Shown piece by piece: positions 22,540 to 35,160 of a stretch of 64,000 nt of DNA. The notes under the pieces are model-generated. The model saw only the letters and a program-made list of their open reading frames with translations. It was not told the DNA's origin and did no database searches. Every line of letters starts with the position of its first letter. Within the stretch, counting starts at the first letter, position 1. Source of the DNA: Squalus acanthias (taxonomy: Eukaryota); the NCBI GenBank assembly GCA_030390025.1, contig JASTWF010000363.1, positions 248,001 through 312,000 on the forward strand, in the 5' to 3' direction. Made by a program: the position numbers and the translations under genes.

Positions 22540-25500
22540 GCTATTAACAATCACCAGGGAAGTGGTACTGAGCAAATTGTTGGAGCTGCGGGCTGACAAG
22601 TCCCTGGGTCCCGATGGACTTTATCCTAGGAGCTTAAAAGAAGTGGCTAGTGAGATAGTTGATGCGTTGATTTTAATTTTCCAAAATTCCCTAGATTCGC
22701 GAAGGTTCCATGTGGAAAACTGCCCAGGTATGTCATGTCCACAAAAAGCAGGACAAATCTAACCTGGCCAATTACCGCCCATCAGTCTACTCTCAATCAT
22801 CAGCAAAGTAATGGAAGGTGTCATCGACAGTGCTATCAAGCAGCACTTACTCACCAATAACCTGCTCACTGATGCCCAGTTTGGGTTCCGCCAAGACCAC
22901 TCATCTCCTGACCTCATTACAGCCTTGGTCCAAACATGGACAAAGGAGCTGAATTCCAGAGGTGAAGTGAGAGTGACTGCCCTTGACATCAAGGCAGCAT
23001 TTGACTGAGTGTGGCATCAAGGAGCCCGAGTAAAACTGAAGTCAATGGGAATCAGGGGAAAAACTCTCCACTGGCTGGAGTCATACCTAGCACAAAGGAA
23101 GATGGTTGTGGTGATTGAAGGTCAATCATCACAGCCCCAGGACATCACTGCAGGAGTTCCTCAGGGCAGTGTCCTAGGCCCAACCATCTTCAGCTGCTTC
23201 ATCAATGACCTTCCCTCCAACATAAGGTCAAAAATGGGGATGTTCGCTGATGACTGCAGTGTTCAGCGCCATTCACAACTCCTCAGATAATGAAGCAGTC
23301 CATGCCCGCATGCAACAAGACCTGGACGACATTCAGGCTTGGGCTGATAAGTGGCAGGTAACAATCGCGCCACAGAAGTGCCAGGCAATGACTATCTCCA
23401 ACAAGCGAGAGTCTAACCACCTCCCCTTGACATTTAACGGCATTACCATCGCCGAATCCCCCACCTGACCAGAAACTTAACTGGACCAGCCACATAAATA
23501 CTGTGGCAACAAGAGCAGGTCAGAGGCTAGGTATTCTGTGGCAAGTGTCTCACCTCCTGACTCTCCAAAGCCTTTCCACCATCTACAAGGCACAAGTAAG
23601 GAGTGTGATGGAATACTCTCCACTTGCCTGGATGAGTGCAGTTGCAACAACACTCAAGAAGCTCGACACCATCCAGGACAAAGCAGCCCGTTTGTTTGGC
23701 ACCCCATCCACTACCTTAAACATTCACTCCCTCCACCACCGGCGTACCGTGGCTGCAGTGTGTACCATCTACAAAATGCACTGCAGCAACTCGCCAAGGC
23801 TTCTTCGGCAGCACCTCCCAAACCCGCGACCTCTTCCACCTAGAAGGACAAGGGCAGCAGGCGCATGGGAACACCACCACCTCCAAGTTCCCCTCCAAGT
23901 CACACACCATCCTGACTTAGAAGTATATCGCTGATCCTTCATCGTCACTGGGTCAAAATCCTGGAACTCCCTGCCTAACAGCACTGTGGGAGTACCTTCA
24001 CCACACGGACTGCAGCAGTTCAAGAAGGCAGCTCACCACCACCTTCTCAAGGGCAACTAGGGATGGGCAATAAATGCTGGCCTTGCCAGCGATGCCCAGA
24101 TCGCATAACCGAATAAAAAAAAATTTTTAAATTGGAAAATAGCGAATGTAACTCCTTTATTCAAAAAGGGAGGGAGACAGAAAGCAGGAAACTACAGGCC
24201 AGTTAGCTTAACATCTGTCATAGGGAAGATGTTAGAAGCTATTATTAAAGACGTTCTAGCAGGGCACTTAGAAAAGTTCAAGGTAATCAGGCAGAGTCAA
24301 CGTGGTTTTGTGAAAGGGAAATCATGTTTAACCAATTTATTGGAGTTCTTTGAGGAAGTAACGTGCTGTGGATAGAAGGGAACCGGTGGATGTACTGTAC
24401 TTAGATTTCCAGAAGGCATTTGATAAGGTGCCACATCAAAGGTTATTGCAGAAAATAAAAGCTCATGGTGTAGGGGGTAACATATTGGCATGGATAGAAG
24501 ATTGGCTAGCTAACAGGAAACAGAGAGTAGGCATAAATAGGTCATTTTCTGATTGGCAAGATGTAACGAGTGGTGTGCCACAGGGATCAGTGCTGGGGCC
24601 TCAACTTTTTACAATTTATATAAATGACATGGATGAAGGGACCGAAGGTATGGTTGCTAAATTTGCTGATGACACAAAGATAGGTAGGAAAGTAAATTGT
24701 GAAGAGGACATAAGGACGCTACAAAGGGATATACATAGGTTAAGTGAGTGGGCAAAGATCTGGCCAAAAGAGTATAATGTGGGAAAATGTGAAATTGTCC
24801 ATTTTGGCAGGAAAAATAAAAAAGCATATTATCTAAATGGAGAGAGATTGCAGAGCTCTGAGATGCAGAGGAATCTGGGTGTCCTAGTGATGAATCGCAA
24901 AAGGTTAGTATGCAGGTACAGCAAGTAATTAGGAAAGCTAATAGAATGTTATCATTTATTGCAAGGGGAATTGAATACAAAAGTAGGGAGGTTATGCTTC
25001 AGTTATACAGGGCATTGGTGAGACCACATCTGGAGTACTGTGTACAGTATTGGTCTCCTTATTTAAGGAAGGATGTAAATGCATTGGAAGCAGTTCAGAG
25101 AAGGTTTACTAGACTAATACCTGGAAAGGGTGGGTTGTCTTATGAGGAAAGGTTGGACAGGCTAGGCTTGTATCCGCTGGAGTTTAGAAGAGTAAGAGGT
25201 GACTTGATTGAAACATACAAGATCCTGAGGGGTCTTGATAGGGTGGATGTGGAGAGGATGTTTCTTCTTGTGGGAGAATCTAGAACTAGGGGTCACTGTT
25301 TAAAAATAAGGGGTCGCCCATTTAAGACAGAGATGAGGAGAAATTTTTTCTCAGAGGGTCGTGAGTCTTTGGAACTCTCTTCCTCAGAGGGCAGTGGAAG
25401 CAGAGTCTTTGAATATTTTTAAGGCAGAGGTAGATAGATTCTTGATAAGCAAGGGGGTGAAAGGTTATCGGGGGTAGGCGGGAATGTGGAGTAATCAGAT

Positions 25501-25570
25501 CAATCATGATCTTATTGAATGGCGGAGCAGGCTCAAGGGGCCTACTCCTGCTCCTAATTCGCATGTTCAT
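22540..25570 (+). mobile_element. CR1 RT and 3' end (22540-22710 plus 24125-25570)
   Basis: [43 protein letters not shown] and a 3' UTR. Confidence 0.9.
22710..24123 (+). mobile_element. Second non-LTR family (CR1-Zenon-like RT) nested in a CR1
   Basis: QFGFRQDHS, TALDIKAAFD.VWH, MFADD, IYKAQVRSVMEY; poly(A) end after GCAATAAATGCTGGCCTTGCCAGCG. Clade name is from motif resemblance only. Confidence 0.8.
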
Positions 25571-26996
25571 TCATCAAATAAAAAACAATGCTATTTTGAG
25601 GAGTTACTTAGTAACTCTTAGATAGAAAAAAGAAAACCTAGTTAAGTTAAGCACCAGGAAGTATTAACCAGGAAGGCAACAAAATAAGTTTTTGACAAAC
25701 AAAGGAAAACAGAAAGACAACATCCACTCATCACAGAAAATAATTTTACTTTGGCTCAGCAGAGAGATTACTTCTTGAGTAAAAATTATATTTGAGACTA
25801 AATTCTCTCTCTCTCTCTCTCTCAGACTCAGACCCTATTGATCTCTTAAGATGGGAAGAGTTAAATGCTTTCCAAACATGCTTATGCTATTGAGTGAACG
25901 ATGCCTTAATTAGTGTTAATCAATTTGGTATGCAGGACAATTTGTAATAAGCTAAATATGGCAACATAAATTTTAAACTGTAGGCATAAAACAGTAAATC
26001 CCAATATAAATGCCCTACATAATAGAATTATTCAGCGAATCTTTCTAACACAGGGAAAAAACACTGACAGGATGAAATTGGTTTTCGGTGATGGCGAACT
26101 GGCAGCCCGTTTTACACTGTCCGATTTTCTTGCCCTCCTCTTGCAACGCATTGGCATATTCAAGATTCTCATCTCATGTCAGCTGCAATGCTCAATTTTT
26201 TCTTCATGGTACACCCGATTTGTGTAGTACGATAAAATTCAAGTCTTGTGCATTTCCTTTAGCACTCCTGTTTTATGTTATGTTTCAATGCTCAGGATAA
26301 GGAGATTTAGGCAAGGGGGAGGAACAGAGAGGACTTTGGCTGAGCATCAATTGTGATGTGTAAACAGGCTGAGAAGGAGATTGGACTAAATTACTTGGTC
26401 TCCTCCCACTAAACAGGTTTGGTAGAAAGAAAATTAATTATAATAGTATAATTACTGGTCCTCTTTTTCATTTTCCTCAATCTTTATAATAAAATATATT
26501 TTAAAATCTGTTGCCTACATCAATGACAGCACACCAGCCGTTACAGTACCAGCTGAACTCGCCAGCAGCAGTTTGTCCCATTGGAGCATAATGACCTGTG
26601 ACTTTCATCAGTAAGATCTCATGGCACTTTAATATCTGATTTTGCTGCCATTTCTGGCAGGTGGCAAGGTCCTGACAGGTTCTGCCGGAGACTAGGTTTG
26701 GGTTGAGTTAAGTCCTGCGTGAGAGTGAGATCCGGTTCTGCAACTATTGCTGAAAATGTGAGTGAGTATTGAGGAAGGTGAGTAGGGGCATAAAGGTCTG
26801 CATATGGATGTTGGTGGACAAGCCCTCAAGTCAAGATTACTAATTCATCAGCAAGATACATACCGTGGAACAGAACACTTACACAGGTCGATAAATTAGA
26901 TTGGAAGGTATTCAAAGTTCCCTGTGATCTGAATGGAGTATTAGACTACAAAATGGGTTTGATACATTCCACCATGATGGATCATTTAAAGACTAT

Positions 26997-27166
26997 GGGG
27001 GAGATTTTTCACCTGTTATGCATTCCAGAATGTGCCAGGATAACAGGTATGTGCACACTTCAGCCTGTGATTTTCCAACTCTTCACTTTAATAGACAAAA
27101 AATCATGGGATGGGGTGTACAATTTTCCAGCAGGTGCCAGGAGTGTTGAAGAGGAAAATCTCTCCT
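26997..27166. mobile_element. Short MITE remnant
   Basis: Imperfect TIRs GGGGGAGATTTTTC / GGAAAATCTCTCCT. Confidence 0.5.
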
Positions 27167-27305
27167 CATATTAGTTGCTATACAAATCCTCTGTGGCCCA
27201 TGGAGTGAACAACATAACGTCAGTTTTAAGGAAAGGACTGTCAGATCTCTAAGAAATACTGCAGTCAACTATCAGGAATGGGTTCTCAGAGCTTGGAAAT
27301 ACCAT

Positions 27306-27532
27306 CAACAACAACTTGTATTTATATAGTGCCTTTAACGTAGTAAAACGTCCCAAGGCGCTTCACAGGAGTATTATAAGACAAAAAAATTGACACTGAG
27401 CCACATAAGGAAAAATTAGGGCAGCTGACCAAAAGCTTGGTCAAAGGTAGGTTTTAAGGAGCGTCTTAAAGGAGGAAAGAGAGGTGGAGAGATTTAGGCA
27501 GGACAGCTTAGGGCTACCAATGGTTGAGCGAT
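27306..27532 (-). mobile_element. L2 3' end
   Basis: Reverse complement of the 21150-21350 L2 tail (CAACAACAACTTGTATTTATATAG). Confidence 0.85.
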
Positions 27533-28299
27533 CAGACTAATGTCAGTCAGCTGAATAGCTGGCTTGAGCAACTGTAAACCATACTGGAACAGAATTTTGG
27601 ACATCAAAGGCAGGATAATAATGCTTATGTCATCAAGTTGGTGTAGACACTGTACCCTTTGTTTTGATGGTTGAAGAAATCACGTATTCCGATGCATAGG
27701 CATCAGTTAATACTGTCAGTTATTTTCACCTCACAAAATAAGCAACCATCTGATCTGTAGCTGGTAGAGCCATTACAGGGATGAGGGCCAGGGTTTTAAT
27801 CCTCAGTTTGTATGCATTTGGTGAGGAGGCCTTCTAGGGTTACAAGAGAAAATCACCATGTTATGAGGATTAGGTGCAAACATTTAAAATGTTTGTAAAT
27901 AAAAAAATAGAACTTCACTTCTCCTAGTTGCCTCAATAATTTCAAAAGTCTCACATATCTCAAATTGTACCATATGTTTTGTGAATGAACTGTGAAAATT
28001 TTTCCTTTAATAGAGCCTAATGGATTTGGAGTTCATGTTTATATGACTGCAATGCTGCAATCCACATTATGAAATATCATGATAAATTTTGTCAAAAGCA
28101 TAAAAGGGCCCTTTGTTACTAAAACAAAATGTTATTTCTTTGTGTGAAATATTTCTTTGTGTGAAATATTTTTAATTTCAGTACACGATTTTTCAACTTT
28201 CTGACCTACATTCTCTGGGGTAGGCTGTTTAATAGCCCTCATCTCCCTTTTCCTCCTTCTTGTACATTCAATCCTGATCAAACTAATGTTAAATAATTT

Positions 28300-30175
28300 T
28301 GTTGAACAGAGAAGGGGAACATCAGAGATGTCGAGGAAACAATCCCCAGGTTCTCTGAAGCCTCCGTGTGGAGATCCTGCTGGAAGAGGTGAGGAAGAAA
28401 AAGGAAGTCCCAGCACTAGAAGGAATGTTCCTAAACATGAGGTCCACAAGGCCTAGAGGGAGGTGGCAGAGGTGGTTAGCTCAAGGAACATTACACCTAA
28501 GACCTGGATTCAATGACCTCACTTAAGTAGCAAGAGTGAGTACGGCCCTGAATTCTCCATTTCTCTGTCACACCTGTCAATAGTCCTTCTCGTCCACTAC
28601 CCCAGCACACTAATCTTTTCCCTCCCCTCCCTCACCATCCATCACAAGGGCACATTATACCACCTCTCATTTTGATTTAAAACACACACTCACCTCTTCA
28701 TTGCTTCCTTCATAGTTGCCACTAACAGCCCTGTCTTCTGCACTGCAAGCAGAAGCCCCACACATCTACTCTTGTTTGTAGGAGACACTAACTCTCACCC
28801 TCTCTCTCTGTAGGACAAGACATCGCACAACATTAGGGAGAGGAGCAAGACTGGGGGAGGACCACCCAACCTCATGGTGTTGTTGGAGCTGGAGCAGCAA
28901 TCTCTAGAATTCAGTGGCCTATCCAGAGATGTGTGCATCGACCATTTCAAGGCGAAGGGGCTTCTCTGAACAGGGTCTCTGACTATGACAAGTACCCCTT
29001 CATTTAAGTACAGAAAAACGCACAATGAACCAGCTTGACTACATCATTCTCATGTTTTCTGCAACTGTGCAACCTCTCAGTGCCATCCTAACATGAGGCT
29101 TACTTTTAAAAAGGGCAACAAAGAATACACAGGCAACTAACATTGCTAATGGGGCAAAATAAAGTAGCAGAAGGAGGAAGAATACAATTTATGGTAGTTA
29201 AGGCAGACTATGATAACAATGCCAATGAAGTTTATTGGGCTAATGTGCACAAGTGAACAGGATTCATTGTGCAGTGGGAAGCGTAGGTAAATATGCTGTC
29301 AATTAGAGCCTAGTGCATATGTCTTTCTAGCTGCAACTGGGCTTCATAATCCATTACTTCAGACTCATCTTCATTCTTTCTCTTCTTTGTGGGTGGGGCC
29401 TCCTCATCATCTTGCTATAACTCCTCTATGTATGGGGAAAATTGTGTTCTGTGCAACACTGCTACAATTTTGGAGACTTGTCCGGCCTATTTTTTATTTA
29501 TTTTATCGGACGGGGTGTCGCTGACAAGGCTGGCATTTATTGCCCATCCCTAGTTGCCCTGAGAAGGTGATGGTTACTGCCTTCTTGAACATATCTTTGA
29601 TCTCTACAACATTAGAATCTCTGAACATGATTTTGTATTCCACAAGGACTCTGGTAGAGGCATGTGTCTCATTAAATCTACAGTGTTTATGGCTGTATTG
29701 AGGGGGTAAACAATAAAGGCTGTAGAAGATATCCTGAGTCCTTGAGAAGCCAACCATCCAGTTTCCATCCTCTGGTGGAAAATTAAGCTGCTGTGATCCC
29801 TACCAAGTGATCAGGAAGTACTTGAATGTGGTCACAGACAAGCTGCACATTAATTGAATTAACCCCCCTTTCTGTTCATGTATATCATGGGGTTGATGGC
29901 AAGGGCCTGTATGGCCACTTACATGTCATCTCTGATTCTCTGCTATTTTAGGAAAATCTGCCATCCAATAAAAATGCTATACCCTCTCATGGTACTGCCA
30001 AATTTCCATGGGGAAAATTATGAAAGCCTTGGTAAACAAGACTTCTGACACCTGCTTGATGCATTGTTACTCAGTGGAGTGATTTTTGGCAAATATTACT
30101 GTTGGTGCTTGGAATGATGTGGTGCCACAGAAATTCAAGGCTCTCATCACATTGATTGCTATCAGCATAGCTATC
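28300..30175. mobile_element. Decayed Harbinger element: Myb-like gene (+, ~28330-28970) converging on a HARBI1-like transposase remnant (-, ~29330-30175)
   Basis: + strand: PRFSEAS..ILLEEVRKKKE and an exon DKTSHNIRERSKTGGGPP. - strand: YMNRKG..SINVQLVCDH, GWLLKDSGY, FNETHASTRVLVE. Confidence 0.7.
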
Positions 30176-31669
30176 CCACTGATGGATATTGTCTGAAGGT
30201 TTGACTCGAGATGGTGGGTGTTATTTTAGGGAAAAGGTGAAAACAGGCGCTAAATGGGTGCTGTGCTAATAAGACACAGCTGTTTAAAAGTCTGGTTTTA
30301 GCCCACAAATTTGGGGCTAATTGGTGATTGCCATGATTTAAACATGCCTGTAGGCACCAAACCGAAGATGTGCACATTTAGCATTCAAGCGCTGATTAGG
30401 AGCAATTGTCGTGGAGCAGTATATGTAAACTCCATGCACACACTTCTACTGAAGGTGTGGAGTGCGCTGGCTGACAGACAACAGCTCGTATCAGGATGGC
30501 TCAGGGACTGAGGGAGAGGGCTCAAAGGTTCTCAGACATAGGTCCTGGTGGAGGAGGTACAGAGGAGGAGGGATGTCCTGTACCCGTAGGGAGGAAGGAG
30601 GCCACAGAGGCAAATAATGTGACGGATGTGGGGGGAGATTGCCGGAGAGGTGACAGCCAGGGCCCTGCCTCCAGGACATGGCTCCAATGCTGCAACAAAT
30701 TTAACGACTTGACACGAGTGGTCAAAGTAAGATCCCATCTCACAAACACACTTCTCAATAACTGCACCACCAGCATCACAACCTCAAAACACTTCATCCA
30801 TCATATAACTATACACTGACATTCACACACCTCACACTATCGTATCCTTCACAGGCACTACTCACACCCGAGACACATCTCACAGCTCTTTAACCATGTG
30901 AGGCATCTCTCACACACACACACACACCCACCTGTCAATACACTCAATTCACAATCACCACTCTTTCACTTCCAGGACAAGATAGCACATAACAGGTGGC
31001 AGCGGGACCTGACCGGGGATAGGGAAGCATAAGAACACTCCCCTTGAGGAGGCAGTGCTCGGGAGGGGAGTGGCAGACGCTGTGGCCACAGGGAGAGCAG
31101 GGACATCTCGCCTAGAAGTATGTGACCACTCCAGCTTCCTTACATATCCACTATTCCTGATCCCTAATCACCCAATCCTATCCTCACAAGCTCCATACGG
31201 TCTCATCACACACATCCTCCTATAGTGGTCACACGCGCTGCACCCTAACCCTTCTAGCTTTATCATTACAGGCTCCCAGGACCAAGATCCACCTCACACC
31301 CCAGAAGAACTGAAAGAGGAGGAAGAGCCACTTCACCCCCGGAGGAAGAGAGTGAGGAAGAAGGCACTGCATCAATCGCTATCACAGTCACCAGCTCAGA
31401 GACCGGCACCACGCGTAACTTAGAGGCTAGGTTAGAACACTGATCCTCACAGAGGGATGCATCGGGCACTAGTGGGCAACAGCCACAACAGGGTGGAAGG
31501 GACACCACAGGTGCCACATTTCTGGGAGGCAAGGTCACAAACTAACTCTGCTGTAGAGGAGTCAGATGAGGACAATGCAGGATCAAGCTTCAGAAGAAGG
31601 CTGATGGGTTTAACGAACCAAATACTTGGTGCAATGGATAGCCTGCCTGAAAGCTTACGGGTCATGGCT

Positions 31670-31767
31670 AGGATGGTTCCCAGGCTCTGCATCAAGCCAC
31701 GGGCCAGGCTGGAGGAGTCCACCTCCAGCCTGGCCCGTGGCTTGATGCAGAGCCTGGGAACCATCCT
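31670..31767. repeat. Perfect 46-bp inverted repeat with a 6-nt loop
   Basis: AGGATGGTTCCCAGGCTCTGCATCAAGCCACGGGCCAGGCTGGAGG-agtcca-exact reverse complement. Confidence 0.97.
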
Positions 31768-32080
31768 CTCCAGTGTGGAGAGGCTGGCCAATTCCATCCA
31801 GTGACTTCTGGAGCCCAACATCATGCAGTGTCTCATGACTGAGGTCACAGTTTCCACTGCAGTCATTGCAACGTCCATGGAACGACAAAGTGCTGTAATG
31901 GAAGCCCAAGCAGCTTCCATTGCATTACTAGCATCTTCCATGGAACGGCAAAGTGCTACAATTAAGGATGATCAGGCAGTTGCCATAGTAGCTCTGGGCT
32001 CCTCTGTTGCCTTACCTTCCATGACTGAGGATCCATCAAGAAGTTTGCCATCTGCACTCAATCCTTTCAACCCCTTCCCT

Positions 32081-32218
32081 ATGAAATTTTTGAGGCATTG
32101 GAACCAGTTTTGTGGTAGGTGTGACCTATACAAAAGGGACGGTCTACACCTGTGCAAAGATGGAACTGATGTTCTCGGGGTAATTTTTGATAAAGCAGTT
32201 CGGGAGCATTTAAACTAG
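32081..32218 (+). CDS. 3' remnant of CR1 ORF1 (SGNH esterase-like C-terminus)
   Basis: FLRHWNQFCGRCDLYKRDGLHLCKDGTDVL..REHLN*; DGLHL is the catalytic DxxH block of CR1 ORF1 esterases. Confidence 0.8.
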   Translation: MKFLRHWNQFCGRCDLYKRDGLHLCKDGTDVLGVIFDKAVREHLN

Positions 32219-35160
32219 TATGGCAGGGGGCTAGAAACCTATGTAGTGAAATAGAGGAAAGTGAAAGGCAGACAGAAATAAATGGTAAAAGGGTGAGGAA
32301 CAAAAAACAAAGGGCCAAACTAATTCATAAAAAATGTGAGCATAAAAAAAGCCTGAGGGTTTTATACCTTAATGCGAGAAGCATCAGGAACAAGGTAGAT
32401 GAATTAGCTGTGGAAATAGAGGTTAATAATTATGATCTAATTGGGATTACGGAAACATGGTTGCAGGGTGAGCAGGGCTGGGAGCTTAACATACAGGGGT
32501 ATTCAGTATTTAGGAAGGATCGACAAAAAAGAAAGGGAGGAGGGGTAGCATTGCTGGTAAAAGAAGGGATAAATGCAATTGAAAGGAAGGATATTAACTC
32601 AGTTAATACAGAATCTATATGGGTGGAGCTAAGAAATAGCGAGGGGCGAAAAACATTAATAGGAGTGGTATATAGGCCTCCAAATAGTAAAATAGAGGTT
32701 GGGGAGGGCATCACGAGGGAAATTAGAGAAGCGTGCAATAAGAGCACAGCTGTCATCATAGGTGACTTTAACTTACATATAGATTGGAATAGCCTAATCA
32801 GTAAAAATAATGAGGAGGAGGAATTCCTTGAGTGTTTAAGGGATGGTTATCTGGATCAATATGTCGAGGAACCAACTCGGGAACAGGCTATATTGGACTG
32901 GGTACTGTGCAATGAGAAGGGACTAATTAGTAATCTTGTTGTACGGGGACCCTTGGGTCAGAGCGATCATAACATGATCGATTTCTCACTCGAAATGGAG
33001 AGCGAAGAAATTGACTCAGATACTAAGGTCCTGAATTTAAACAAGGGGAATTATGATGCCATTAGACGGGAACTGAGTAGGTCTGATTGGACAACGTTCC
33101 TGGGAGGACTGGAGGTAGATAAACAATGGCAAGCATTTAAAGATAGAATGACAAAATTGCAAAAATTGTTTATACCAATCTGGCATAAAAGGAAATCTAA
33201 AAAGGTGACTCAACCGTGGATAACAGGGGAAATTAGAGACAGCATAAAATCCAAAGATAGGGCGTATAAAATAGCCAAAAAAAGCGCCAGAGCGGAAGAT
33301 TGGGAACAGTTTAAGATAGAGCAAAGGAGGACAAAGGGCTTAATCAAGAGGGGCAAAATAGCTTACGAAAGCAAGCTGGCGGAAAATATAAAAACTAACT
33401 CCAAAAGCTTTTATAAGTATATCAAGAGGAAAAGACTGGTGAAAACCAAAGTTGGCCCATTGCAGTCAGATACGGGGGAATATATAACGGGAAATAAGGA
33501 AATGGCAGACCAACTAAATGCATACTTTGGGTCAGTCTTTACGAAGGAAGACACAAAAAACCTCCCTGGGATATCGGGAAAAATAGGGACATTTGCAAAG
33601 GAGGAACTGACGCAAATCAATATCTCTAAGGATATGGTGTTAAGGAAGCTAAAGGGATTGAAGGCGGACAAATCCCCAGGGCCTGATAACATGCATCCTA
33701 GGGTGCTGAAGGAGGTGGCCCTAGAGATAGCGGATGCACTAAGTATGATTTTTCAGAATTCATTAGACTCGGGAACAGTGCCCATGGATTGGAGGGTAGC
33801 TAACGTTACCCCACTATTCAAAAAGGGGGGTAGGGAAAAAGCAGGTAATTACAGACCTGTAAGCCTTACATCAGTTGTGGGCAAAATGCTGGAGTCCATC
33901 ATTAAGGATGAAATAGCGGAGCACTTAGCAAATGGGGACAGGATAGGACAGAGTCAACATGGATTTACAAAGGGTAAATCATGCTTGACTAATCTATTGG
34001 AATTTTTTGAGGGAGTAACTGGTAAAATAGATGGGGGAGAGCCAGTAGATGTGGTGTACCTGGACTTCCAAAAGGCCTTCGATAAGGTCCCACATAAAAG
34101 ATTAGCATGGAAAATTGAAGCTCATGGGATAAAGGGGAAAGTATTGACGTGGATAGAGAACTGGCTGTCAGATAGAAAACAGAGAGTTGGAATAAACGGC
34201 TCATTTTCTGAATGGCAGGCAGTAACAAGTGGGGTACCACAGGGATCTGTCCTGGGTCCCCAGCTGTTCACAATTTACATTAATGACCTGGATCAGGGAG
34301 TCGGATGCAGCATTTCCAAATTTGCAGACGACACTAAACTAGGAGGGGGGGTGGGCTCAGAGGAGGAGACCAGTAAGCTCCAGAGCGATTTGGACAGACT
34401 GGGTGATTGGGCGGATAAATGGCAGATGCACTATAATGTGGACAAGTGCGAAGTTATCCACCTTGGGTGCAGGAACGGGAGGGCAAATTATTATTTAAAT
34501 GGCAATAAATTGGGAGAGGGGGAAGTACAGAGAGACCTGGGTGTTCTTGTACACCAGTCACTGAAGGCGAGCATGCAGGTGCAACAGGCGGTCAAGAAGG
34601 CAAACGGTATGCTGGCCTTCATAGCAAAAGGGTTGGAATACAGGAACAGGGATACCTTGCTGCAGCTGTACAGGGCACTGGTGAGACCACACCTCGAGTA
34701 CTGTGTACAGTTTTGGTCGCCTCATCTGAGGAAAGATGTTCTTGCCATGGAGGGGGTGCAGCGGCGATTCACCAGGCTGATACCAGGAATGGCGGGATTG
34801 ACCTATGAGGAGAGACTATGTAGTTTAGGGATGTACACACTGGAGTTTAGAAGATTGAGAGGGGACCTCATAGAAGTGTATAAAATTCTGACAGGTCTAG
34901 ACAGACTAGATGCAGAAGGAATGTTTCCCTTGGCGGGTGAGAACAGAACTAGAGGACATAATTTAAGGATAAGGGCTAAACCATTTAGGACAGAAATGAG
35001 GGGGAATTTCTTCACTCAGAGGGTGGTGAACCTGTGGAACTCATTGCCACAGAGGGCAGTGTACGCCAGCTCATTAAATATATTTAAGAGGGAATTAGAT
35101 ATATTTCTACAGGCAAAAGGGGTTAAGGGTTACGGAGAGAAGGCGGGGATGGGATACTGA
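32194..35160 (+). CDS. Intact CR1 ORF2 (AP endonuclease plus reverse transcriptase); frame open from 32194, listed ORF starts at GTG 32293
   Basis: No stops; [44 protein letters not shown] and KFADD are all present; followed by a 3' UTR and microsatellite tail to ~35260. Confidence 0.96.
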   Translation, partial: SSSGAFKLVWQGARNLCSEIEESERQTEINGKRVRNKKQRAKLIHKKCEHKKSLRVLYLNARSIRNKVDELAVEIEVNNYDLIGITETWLQGEQGWELNIQGYSVFRKDRQKRKGGGVALLVKEGINAIERKDINSVNTESIWVELRNSEGRKTLIGVVYRPPNSKIEVGEGITREIREACNKSTAVIIGDFNLHIDWNSLISKNNEEEEFLECLRDGYLDQYVEEPTREQAILDWVLCNEKGLISNLVVRGPLGQSDHNMIDFSLEMESEEIDSDTKVLNLNKGNYDAIRRELSRSDWTTFLGGLEVDKQWQAFKDRMTKLQKLFIPIWHKRKSKKVTQPWITGEIRDSIKSKDRAYKIAKKSARAEDWEQFKIEQRRTKGLIKRGKIAYESKLAENIKTNSKSFYKYIKRKRLVKTKVGPLQSDTGEYITGNKEMADQLNAYFGSVFTKEDTKNLPGISGKIGTFAKEELTQINISKDMVLRKLKGLKADKSPGPDNMHPRVLKEVALEIADALSMIFQNSLDSGTVPMDWRVANVTPLFKKGGREKAGNYRPVSLTSVVGKMLESIIKDEIAEHLANGDRIGQSQHGFTKGKSCLTNLLEFFEGVTGKIDGGEPVDVVYLDFQKAFDKVPHKRLAWKIEAHGIKGKVLTWIENWLSDRKQRVGINGSFSEWQAVTSGVPQGSVLGPQLFTIYINDLDQGVGCSISKFADDTKLGGGVGSEEETSKLQSDLDRLGDWADKWQMHYNVDKCEVIHLGCRNGRANYYLNGNKLGEGEVQRDLGVLVHQSLKASMQVQQAVKKANGMLAFIAKGLEYRNRDTLLQLYRALVRPHLEYCVQFWSPHLRKDVLAMEGVQRRFTRLIPGMAGLTYEERLCSLGMYTLEFRRLRGDLIEVYKILTGLDRLDAEGMFPLAGENRTRGHNLRIRAKPFRTEMRGNFFTQRVVNLWNSLPQRAVYASSLNIFKRELDIFLQAKGVKGYGEKAGMGY

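Noticed and set aside
31855..32000. Imperfect ~60-bp tandem repeat (SMERQSA units)
   Set aside because: Internal coding repeat of the Harbinger protein, not a CRISPR-like array; there are no spacers or cas genes.
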